The translations under genes were made by a program, and so were the position numbers. Source: Mobula birostris (Eukaryota). Taken from it: a stretch of DNA of 64,000 nucleotides. Below are positions 53,810 through 64,000 of this stretch, piece after piece. Numbering within the stretch: position 1 is the stretch's first letter; each line of letters begins with the position of its first letter. The notes below the pieces were generated by a model, which ran no database searches, was not told the origin of the DNA, and saw only the letters and a program-made list of their open reading frames with translations. Location of the stretch: assembly GCF_030028105.1 (NCBI RefSeq), contig NC_092387.1:36589590-36653589 (forward strand), given 5' to 3'.

Positions 53810-55120
53810 GGGACTTGTTGCCTACTTGGAACAGTCTCTGATCCATACCTCCTTTTACGTCGCTGACTCCTTTGGTACTGCTTCTCGCACCTGTGCTGAA
53901 CTCATCTATTTTATCACCTTTGCCTCTAACTTCCACCCCACGCTCAAATTCATGTGGACCATTTCCAGAACCACTCTCTTAGACTCCATCTTAGAGAACA
54001 AAGTACCCATTGACTCCCACAGCTACCTTGACTATATCTTGTAAGGCTGCCATTCCTGTCTCCCAATTTCTCTATGTCTGCTGCATCTGCTCTCAAGATG
54101 AGGCCTTCCATTACAGAATGTCTGAAATACTGACCTTTTTCAGGAAATGGAGGTTCCTGTTTGCTGTGATTCATGAAGCCCTTTCTGATGGCCTCTGTTT
54201 CTTGGACTTCTGCACTCGCCCCACCTCCCTCCAATTGGAACAGAGATAGAGTTCCACTTCTCCTCACCTCTCACTCCCATTAGCCATTGTGTCCAGCTCA
54301 TCCATCCTCAGTCATTTCCACAACTGCATTGTTATCCCACTACCAGCCTCATCCCTTCCCCACCTCTTTCTGCTTTCTGTAGGACTGCACCCTACACCAC
54401 TCCGTAGTCCACTTATCCCTCCCTTATCCCTGGCATATTCCTGTATAATTCCAAGAGTTGTAATGCTTATTCTTATACCTCCCTCCTCTCTTTCATCTGG
54501 GGATGTTAAACTGCCCTTCCAGGTGAGACAAAGGTTCCCATATACCTCTTTCAACTTCATTCACTGCGGATAGCCTCCCAGTGTGGTCTCCTCTACATCA
54601 GCGACACCAAGCACAGACTGGAAACCAACTTGCAGAGCAGCTGCATTCATCTTGAGCTCTCATTTGAAGGCCATTTCAATTCCTGTTTTCATTTCCATGC
54701 TGAACTGTCCATGCTCGGCCTTCTCCACTGAGTGAGACCCAACACAAACTAGATGAGCAACTTATATTCCCTTATAGTGTCTACAACCCAATAGCATGAG
54801 CATTGAGTTTCCCAGTTTTAGGTAACCAATCTCTCTGGTGTGCTTTCCCCCTTTTCCCACCCTCCCTCTCTCCTCCTCTCCTTCTCCCTTATCATCACCA
54901 CTCTCCATGCCCCACCCCAGCTCCCACCATCTCTTCCTCCCTCCTTCCCCTTCCCTGTTGTTTCATTGGCTTCTTTTCACCACCTCCCCTCCCTTTTTTA
55001 TACTGACCATCTCTCCTCTCCACACATACAGGGTTCTGATCCATAACATTGACAGTTTCTCCCCGTGTACTCTTCAGCAAATGTTGCTCAGCCCATCGAA
55101 TTTCTCCAGCAGATTAGTTG
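53810..55120 (+). mobile_element. Decayed Penelope-like retroelement (RT + GIY-YIG remnants + terminal repeat)
   Basis: Fragments FASNFHPTLKF.WTIS, DSHSYLDY, CKAAIPVSQFL...ICSQDEAFH, FQVRQRF, QCGLLYISDTKHRL, with frameshifts and stops. Confidence 0.85.
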
Positions 55121-55291
55121 TTCAAGGAACTCTTGTTATGTAGCATAATTTTGAGGAAATAATAGAATCGCTAGCATTATTCTGTATAACTTCAGCAGAA
55201 CAGAAGTGGCGAGATGACTTGTATGAGGATTAATGTGGTTCAAAAGTTTCCTTGGGATGTACAAAGAAATTGTATGTGGTAAATGTTACAG

Positions 55292-55478
55292 ATTTCACAA
55301 ACTTATTTGGAGCAACCATGGTATAAGTTCTGACGGAGTCATAGCAGCTGGAGGGGACACTGGGACCATCACCCTTTATAGCGCAGAACAGATTCTTACA
55401 GCTGGAAACGATCCCATCATCGGCCAGAGTTCGAAACATGGGGGCCCTGTCCGAGGGTTGGATTTTAACCCCTTTCAG
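55292..55478 (+). CDS. SEC31B: SEC31B coding exon 3 (FHKLIWSNHG...KHGGPVRGLDFNPFQ)
   Basis: Within ORF 55233-55538; WD40 H.GPVR.LD.NPFQ motif; acceptor tacag|A, donor CAG|gtattg; 187 nt. Confidence 0.94.
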
Positions 55479-55704
55479 GTATTGAAACTGTGGTATTGCT
55501 TATATTTAAAAGCACCTTCACTACTGAGTAATATATAGTATTACTTGCCGCTCTGTTTATCATTTTACAAAATAGCAGGAAACTTTTATTTTGTCATTTT
55601 TTTTGCAAAGTAATTAATATGTTTGTAGGCTACTACTCCCTGGCATCTATTGTGCGTTTAAAAAAAAAATCATGAATTGATTACAGAAGTACGCTGTAAC
55701 AAAA

Positions 55705-55950
55705 GGGGAGGGAACATTGACTTAGACCATGAGAGGCCTGCGTCAGGCATTTTCATGCCTTACAAGGTGCAGATTGGAAGTCTGTGTGGGGCGCCACTCC
55801 TCGCACAGACACTACAGCAATCACTAATCACTAGAGCAATGTGTGGTTAAGCGCCTTGCTCAAGGGCACAATCACGCTGCCACAGCTGAGGCTTGAACTA
55901 GCGACCTTCGGATCACTAGACGAACGCCGTAACCACTTGGCCACGTGCCT
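55705..55950 (-). mobile_element. tRNA-derived SINE with CORE-like segment (same head as 25875 copy)
   Basis: Minus strand GTGGCCAAGTGGTTA..GGCG..GTCTAGTGATC.GAAGG.CGCTAGTTC, then CCCTTGAGCAAGGCGCTTAACC. Confidence 0.75.
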
Positions 55951-57076
55951 AACACAAATTTGCTGTATAAAAATTCTTTCTATATTATCCAAAGACTTGC
56001 AAGGGTCTTCAGTTTTCAATTGGGCTGCCTAGTTTTTCTGTTAGGAGGGTAATAACAACTTGAAGGGGTGGGGGGGGGGGTACAAAATACATACTTCCAA
56101 AAGTTGGTAGATTCCTCCAGCATTCCTCCTCCTGTATTCAGTATGACTTGGTGGATAATAATTCAAGGCATATTGTCAAGAATAGTAAAAATTATTGATT
56201 CTTTATTCATTAGTGCTCAATGCAGTTTGTGGGAAATGTGATATCACTTAAATTATGCTGATGGTATCTTTAGATAGAAGTCTGTTCAAGCAGTTTTAAC
56301 TTGTACAGAATGATCTGGCATTATATTTTTTGACACAATCCCAAATATCCTCCGTCTAACTCTGGGATTTTTGAATGAATTATTTATTCTGCTATACAAA
56401 CATGGCAAAGAGTTGAGATATGATTTTGAAGAGGTTCAATTGTCTAAAGGAAACTTGTAATCTAATAATAAACAGCAGCATGGTTTTGGGAGGCAGGGAA
56501 ACACTGTACCGTACTTATCCAAGTTAACTGCAATGCTGGTCAGGTTAATTGATATTTCTGCAACATGACATGACTTTTAGCAGTGACAAGAATAATGCAA
56601 TTTGAATTTATCAAAGAAGTTCGTGAAGGGGGAAAAATGTGTAACAAAGATACGGCCAATAAAGATGCTCAGAAATGTTCCCTATGTCTATTTAGATTTT
56701 GATATTTCAGTCACTCTGGATGGTAGACAGAATGTACTGACATTCAAAGGGCTTAATTTGAAAGGATAGGTTGTGTATAGCCCAAGTTATATCACTTTGT
56801 ACTGTTTAAGATGATTATAGGATTTGATAGGTTAGTTAGAGAGAAGCCATTTCCTGTAGTGAGGGAGTCAACAACAGGGAGGGAAAAATAATTTAAATTA
56901 ATAGATATTTGTTCTGTAGGACGTTAAGGTATGTGGATGGCTAAAAATCAATTCCTGGTATAATTAAATATCAGACCCGACACCGGGGGTGGGGGTGGTT
57001 ACAGCATGTTTTAACCTTGTTGCTGTATTATGAAATGTTGGGTTTGACCTTTGAATTATTGTTTTGTTTTTCTTAG

Positions 57077-57172
57077 AGCAACCTGATTGCTTCTGGAGCT
57101 AATGATTCTGAGATATATATTTGGGATTTAAATAACTTCAGTACACCAATGACACCAGGAGCAAAATCACAG
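57077..57172 (+). CDS. SEC31B: SEC31B coding exon 4 ([32 protein letters not shown])
   Basis: Hand-translated; acceptor cttag|AGC, donor CAG|gtatgt; 96 nt. Confidence 0.95.
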
Positions 57173-57881
57173 GTATGTTGCAATTATCGACATTGATGTA
57201 TACTGCACATCGTATCGAGTTTCTGTTGATTGTACAGATAATTGCTGGACAGAAATTCCTTGGTTCACAGGAGGGAGGCAATGGGGTGTTGATTTGTTCA
57301 AGTGCCAACTCCTGATCATTACTCATGATACTTTAGCCTCCTTTTTTGAGTATATAAACAACACAATTAGAATAGCAATCGTAACTGATACCCTACTTTT
57401 AATATTGTGAATGAATTTTTATATATATTGAAATATGTTTAAATTGTCCTGATTTCAGTACTTAAAGCTCAATAAATAGAAACTGCAGTATTTTTCCAAA
57501 CTCTGTATATTTGGACACCACATAAAAATATTTACTTAATCTTCTTTTGCAATGAAAATAACACAACTCTTTTGCTCTCTTTTTTCCTATCTAACCATAT
57601 ACAGCAAAGAGAGGTAAGGTTTGAATTGAGAATTCTGTTTGTAATATAAGGATCTGCATAATTAACTCTGCAGAATCTCTCCTTTTTATGTGCTTTGCCT
57701 ATTCTCTTTTCTGCCCTTTTGCTTTATTCTGCAGCTTTTTTTTTACAATGTAATGTGGCTTTAAGTACAGTATCATCTATGTTTCTTTCCTGTTGGTCGT
57801 AATGGGTGTGTAGCTCCCTCTGCATAAAGGTTTTGTGAATTTGCTCTCTTCTCAACATCGAATAAATGTGGGTCACGCTGA

Positions 57882-58117
57882 CAACACACACAAAATGCTG
57901 GAGGAACTCAGCAGGCCAGGCAGCATCTATGGAAAAAAAGTACGGTTGAAGTTTCAGGCTGAGACCCTTCATCAATTCTGTAATCCTGATGAAGGGTCTC
58001 TTCCCAAAACGTTGACTGTACTCTTCTCTGTCGATGCTACCTGGCCTGCTGATTTCCTCCAGCATTTTGTGTGTGGTGCTTGGATTTCCAGCATCTGCAG
58101 ATTTTCTCTTGTTTGTG
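57882..58117. mobile_element. PLE terminal-repeat inverted pair (fold-back) with 14-bp TSD
   Basis: About 90-bp inverted arms around a short spacer, both with degenerate hammerhead cores; TSD GTGGGTCAC(G/C)CTGA at 57868-57881 and 58118-58131. Confidence 0.85.
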
Positions 58118-60714
58118 GTGGGTCACCCTGAGGTGTGTTTATTACCCTGAGTGCATGTGCCTTTTGCTGCTTGGTTCTGGTGAACTGTTGGACTGGGTAG
58201 TTTGATTTAGTGGCATGACATGAATTAGCAGATACAAAGTTTACTTTGTGCTTCTGACAGTCCTGGTGAGAGGAGGTTCATACCTTTTTTAATGTGCAAC
58301 CTTAAGACATAGGAGCAGAATTAGGCCATTTGGCCTTTTGAGTCGGCTTCATCATTTAATCATGACTGATTTGTATAGCTACCTTGCCTCACCTCCCTAC
58401 CGTTCATTAATTTTCTGACTTATATATGTCCATGAATTCTTCTTGTCATTATTGGATTTATAAACATTCGTTGGTTTATGGCCATAGAAGGAACATTTAT
58501 GTTGACAACCATACAAATCTATTAACTACTTCACGTTAAACTTCGCACTGTATTCAATATGTGTAGCTCCACTGTAATCTCCATTACCTCTCTTCCCTTT
58601 AACATTTTCTTCCTATCTCTAGTTGCTCAAGTTTTTGTTCCTATCTCATTGCCCTTTAGTTCACATGGACTCATTTTCAATCTGAATGTTTTCTGGTATC
58701 TGTGATGCTATTTTGTGAGTACTAGTTCTGTTGGCATATCTCTGCTCATCTTTCATTAGGGTTTCTCTCATTTCAGCCATTGTTCATCTCTGGATTCTGT
58801 TCTCAGTTAGATATCAACTAGATTTGCAGTTCACATAATTTTTGAAACCATTTATAAGAGTATTAGTCATATACTTTATTAATCCCAGGGGAAATTGGTT
58901 GTTTCTTAATTAACTTTATTCATGTTATTTAATGTATATATTTTGTGCAAGTTGGAGCAAAGTTGCTCCTTGTTGGTACCAGAAGTTAAAATTTTAATTC
59001 ATTGCTGTTGTACATATGAGATATATTGGGTATAATGTAGTCTCAAATTATTAGTTGAAATTTATGGTATAAGATGATAAAAATCACATTAAAATTGGCA
59101 GAGCCAGATACAAATGGTATTGAAAGAAGTACACAGGACTTGGGTGTATAAAGGTAGATGTGTTACATTATAGTTCAAAAGACACCATTTCTGTGAAGAA
59201 GGTGGTTGTTGATAGAATACACCCATATGAGCAAGAAAACAGAATCAGGTGCAGATAAAAGTAATCTTCAAAATCTAACTGATAGATTAACTTCAGCGAA
59301 AATGTCCCTAAGAGTCCGAGGTTGGTGAAACCAATACGTAGGATGTCTAATCTAAAATTTGTTTATGTACATACAACCAAATTCACATTGGCATTGTGGG
59401 ATAATGTGCAGGGGCTCGAGAGACCTGACTCATGAAAATGCAACTTTACACAAATTCTCCCATACATTTGTAAAGGATTTTTGAAGGTAATAATGTTTCA
59501 TGGTATTCAATCATGACTATATACAGTATATTGAATTAGTTTAATGATGGGTACTGTTTGGATGGTTACCAACTGAAATGAAGGAATTATAGTAATTCTG
59601 GCACTATAGAATGTAGAAGGATATGGTATGGGTTGTTAGAGAAAATGGACATTTCGAACTTGCTGACAGTTCTCAGGGATGGAGCCCTTACATAATCTGT
59701 TGACTGCCTGTATACAACTTTCCTGGCAGGAATACACTTCAATCCATTCAGACTTTTTTTTAAATGGAATTAAATTTTAATGGAAATAGTGTCAATATTT
59801 GTTGAGGACAGATAGACTCTTCTGTATGCCTTCATATTTGATACTCAACAGTTTGTATTTGGAAGGCTGTCTGTTTTATTTTTATTTTAATTGTTTTTTG
59901 ACTAGGAGTTTTTTTTAATGAGAAATTAGATAATTGTATTTTAAGTGCAAATCCAGATTAATTAAGACACAAACTTGGCTAAATTTTGTTCTGGATTTCT
60001 GCCCACTGGTTATCACTGTTAATGAGACTAGAAATCTTACCTCCTGAGTTTAGATTTGAACTGTTTTGGCATTTGGCAACACTGGCTTCTGTTTCTTGAT
60101 GATGTCCAGGGCAGAAAGTATGAAAGCATTCTGATCACCAACTTTGACAAGTTACATCTTGATGAGCATAAGTGCAGCATTTTTAAACAAAAATATATAG
60201 TAATCTGTACCAAAAATTAACTTGTAGGAAAAAGAGAGTAGAGAAGATGGAAGTGGATTATTACATTTTCAGTAAATCATAAAATGATAAAGCACAAAGT
60301 GGGGGCAGGGGTATCGTTGGGCACACTGATCCTCTCTTGTCTGTGTAAAATAATGTGAACCAATTATTACTTTTTTCTGTTGTTCCTTCCCTCTTTTCCT
60401 TATGAAAGTTGCCATTGAATGACCACCTGCCATTTTTTCAAGTTATGGATGTGAGGTGATGTGATTGTCAGATTGAATTGTGATATGAACAAAGAATCAA
60501 CTTTTGAGTTTATTTGTCACAGGATGTAAATGTTGTTCGCAAGACTGACATTTATTTATTTCAATCTGTCCCAAATTTGCCGTTGAATTGGGTGGTTTGC
60601 CAAGCCATTTCATAGTTCAGTAATTTAACCACATAGCTGTATGTAACGCCAATCGGTAAATGCACAATGCGAGGGGAAGCAAAATTTCTGTCACCTTCAC
60701 CAAGGAGTTGTCTC

Positions 60715-60930
60715 ATAATCAACTTCCTAGCCTTTTGCTTCAGCTCTCCCCCACCGAATTTCACCTATCGCCTGGCGTTTCTCTCCCCTCCCCACCTTTC
60801 AAATCTACTCCTCAGTTTTTTTTTCTCTAGTCCTGCAAAAGGGTTTCGGCCTGAAACGTTGACTGTACTTTTTTCCATAGATGCTGCCTGGCCTGCTGAG
60901 TTCCTCCAACATTTTGTGTGTGTTGCTAAA
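60715..60930 (+). mobile_element. PLE 3' UTR and terminal repeat
   Basis: TAGTC-CTGCAAA-AGGGTTTCGGCCT-GAAACGTT-GACTG followed by the family tail. Confidence 0.75.
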
Positions 60931-61917
60931 ATTTCTGCCTCTTATGTTTCATTTTTGATAAGTATATCCCAGTTAACTGGCAAGTTTTCAGTTTAAGCTG
61001 TGCATAACTAAGATTGAAGGCACGTTTGTTCCATCGATCATTTGCTCTTTGATGCTCTTTATTTGACTATTGAAGATGTAAATGAAGCTAAATTCTTTTT
61101 TGATCTCGTGTTTTGCCGATCCTTCAAACTGAGTTGTGTTTCTCTTTGATCTTATTCTCCCATGATTGAGATGGATAAGCTTGCTACCATTGTATTTTTC
61201 AGTGTGAAGTGAGTCTAAGCTAGATGTCCATGTTAAATCTTCATTGAAAGTCTGTGCCATGTTTGGTCAGTTCTTTTATTTTTTCTTCTGCATTTAAGCT
61301 TTTGTTGCACTTGAAGTTCTTCCTACCTCTTACCAAATAAAGCCAGACTAAGGTTAAAGATGCAAAACTTTTAAATTTTGAAGTTACTGTCTTGTCCAGG
61401 GCTTGTTTATAGATAAAAATAGAAAATACTGGAACAGAAATGTTCTGATAAAAGGTCATCAATCTTTGGCCAAAGCAGCAATAGTATTGCTATTTTTTCC
61501 AAAGATCCTGCCCCACCAGTTGGGTATTTTTGGCATTTTCTGTTTTTAATCCTTGAATTCAATTATCCTTGCAATGCCCTAAATCCTGTGTTCATGAGCT
61601 TTATCACTGTTGAATATAACTTAATATAAGCTTTTAGACATCCCTGCATCCCTGTAACCCTTGGTGTCTGTCTACTATTTGTGAAATGCTGTGGGGAATT
61701 TCTATTATTAAATTTGGTATTTAAGTGGAAGCTGTAATTTATTTTGTATTTCTCTCATTTGATTCTGTGGATTTGTTGGTGCTTGGTGAACTTTTGATTC
61801 AGGCTGTTTGAGGTCTGTGGCACAGTTGGGGAAATCACGTGTTGTATCTTGACATTATAGACAATTTGCACTGAAGGTTTTGTTTCTTTTTCAATTGGAC
61901 CTTTTGAATTCATGCAG

Positions 61918-62058
61918 CCTTCTGAAGACGTCAGTTGTGTGGCCTGGAATCGACAAGTGCAGCATATCTTGGCTTCTGCTCATCCAAGTGGCAGAGCTGT
62001 GGTGTGGGATCTGAGAAAGAATGAACCTATCATCAAAGTTAGTGATCACAGCAATAGG
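61918..62058 (+). CDS. SEC31B: SEC31B coding exon 5 ([47 protein letters not shown])
   Basis: ORF 61912-62187; acceptor tgcag|CCT, donor AGG|gtgagt; 141 nt. Confidence 0.96.
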
Positions 62059-63081
62059 GTGAGTAAATTGGTTGAAATCCCAAAGGTATCTTTTGTTGCT
62101 AAGGGCTTTTGTGTCTGGTGGGTGAAAGTAAGATTGTATTTAGTGCCTAATCATAGAGAAATTAATTTGAAATTAATGACTCTGTAGGAAGCTGCCTGCT
62201 AGCAGTATTTTTGTGAGGCATCAAAACCCAGGGTGTTCTGGAATATTCTGAGCTGAGCCGGGGTAGGGGGAAATAAACCATATGTAGCTATTCTGCTTTA
62301 TGCCAGCCATAGTGCCACATAGTGGGCTATTTTAGTTTGAATGGGGTTGCTGAGCTTTATTAAATTTGCCACAGGGGGTTTTAAAATTTCAATATATGTA
62401 CATTTATAATTAAGTTAATGCCAACTGATTTTAAATGTTTCTGATGATCAGACATTTAGAAACAGAGAACTGATAGCATAGGCTGTCAAAGATCATCAGG
62501 TTGATGCTGGGGATGCGGTCTCATAATATATTATCCAGAATCCTTGATGCCATGTATTTCTCACTGTAGTTGGGGGAGACATGGAACCAAGGCCTTGTGG
62601 GGAGCTGTGCTGCTATGGAGAGTAAGTGTGGAAGGTGGGTCAGATCAGGCATGACCCAACTAACATTTAAACGTTCATCAATTGTAAAAACTGCGTCTGT
62701 TTTCAAAAACAATAGGTTAGTTCTTAGTTCACTCACTGGTTCTAATGAGCCTTAGGAGAATGTCTGTCTTGCATCACTAGTATGGAAATAGATTTCATTA
62801 ATATTACCCCAGCTCCTCGTTGGTGCAAGCTATAGCCATATGTGTTTTCAATTTAAGACTGATTGAACACACAAATGCCAGAAAAAAATACTGTTGGGAT
62901 TTTAATCATTTGGTTTTCCTGTGAGCTAACTGAGGCAATGAAAAGATTTTTCTGAACATAATTTGTGTTATTCTAGCTAAGATTAATTTTGTGAAATCAG
63001 ATTATCTCAGATCTTTTATCAGATGATCACTGAAATTTGCCCAGGTAAAGTAACCAACATGGTTTCACTTGTCTTTCATAG

Positions 63082-63224
63082 ATGCGATGTTCTGGAATGG
63101 CTTGGAACCCTGAAGTTGCCACTCAACTAGTTCTTGCATCTGAAGATGATCGTATGCCTGTGCTACAAATATGGGACTTGCGGTTTGCAACTTCCCCTCT
63201 CAAAGTTCTAGAGAATCACACCAG
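63082..63224 (+). CDS. SEC31B: SEC31B coding exon 6 ([48 protein letters not shown])
   Basis: Hand-translated; acceptor catag|ATG, donor AG|gtactg; 143 nt. Confidence 0.96.
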
Positions 63225-64000
63225 GTACTGAAATATTGATTGGGGACAGTGTTGCAATTGCATATCTGCTGCCTTTAGGCAACAAAAGGGTGTGGTGGAT
63301 AAGGAGATAGGAAATTTGTTACGTACCATTGAAAATGTGGCAGTGGCAAATTGTCAGTATGATTACAAACAAATCAAAAGTTTATGAATGGGTCTTGGAG
63401 AATTGTAATCCATATTTTCAGTGGTAAGTTGTTTGCAATCTTTAAATATGACTTTTCCCCCTCTAGAAATTTATGTACACAGTTATTTACTAATAATTAA
63501 AATTTTCTTTTTGTTTTTTGTAGCTGTTCTGTTTCCTCATTCTGCCTATATATATTTCACTTTTCCTCAGCTTTTGAATCACAGTCACTCTCTCCCTAAT
63601 CATGTATATGATCTATCAAACCCTCTTATTCTACTTAAAAATTCCCCTTCCTTGTGCTACCTATATAATTATCTCTGGTGCTTACCTTCATTTTTACCAT
63701 GAAAGTAAAACTAGATACCGTAAAGTGTTATAGAATGTATTAAACATCTGAAATTAACAAGATTCCTGTAAAGCAGGAACTGAGCTGTTTTAGCACCTTG
63801 GGTCTAATAATTGTGTTGCAAAATTTGAAAACGGTACTCTGTTAGCTGGAAGCCACCATATTGACAAAAAAGTAACATTTTTGACTGATTTGATTGGGAT
63901 ATATGCTTGGTTACAAGACCAATTTGCCAGCTAGAGAGTTGCTAAGCTTTGAGCTAATTATAAGACCATAAGGCATAGGAGCAGAATTAGGCCATTCAGC

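Larger units (their letters stand above)
51777..63224 (+). other. SEC31B: SEC31B (COPII outer coat, WD40 N-terminus) gene span, first six coding exons; continues beyond window
   Basis: Exons 79+124+187+96+141+143 nt join in frame. N-terminus [25 protein letters not shown] is closer to SEC31B than SEC31A, and the position next to NDUFB8/HIF1AN matches SEC31B synteny. Confidence 0.92.

Noticed and set aside
51777-63224. Assignment as SEC31A
   Set aside because: N-terminal residues and adjacency to NDUFB8/HIF1AN favour SEC31B; a phylogeny would confirm.

Overview
Vertebrate nuclear DNA, most likely a cartilaginous fish (probably a batoid ray, inferred from the repeat families). It holds three spliced genes in the human order and orientation. 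HIF1AN (FIH-1) is on the minus strand with coding exons 1-5 at 31066..2480; later exons lie left of the window. NDUFB8 is complete on the plus strand (5 exons, 31470..42632, 188 aa) and is head-to-head with HIF1AN, with 403 bp between the start codons. SEC31B starts on the plus strand with a CpG-island promoter near 47.8 kb and six coding exons at 51777..63224, continuing past the window. Introns are full of decayed repeats: CR1, Rex-like, L1-like and RTE LINEs, tRNA-derived SINEs, Tc1 and hAT transposons, and many Penelope-like element (PLE) ends. The most notable observation is that the abundant PLE terminal repeat encodes a minimal type I hammerhead ribozyme (stem I-CUGANGA-stem II-GAAACGUC-stem I). 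One intact copy (10227-10264) is sense to the HIF1AN pre-mRNA, inside a young inverted-repeat insertion with a perfect 15-bp target-site duplication. HIF1AN intron 1 also has an unexplained CpG-rich island with a TACGTG motif. All calls were made by eye; no searches or folding were run.
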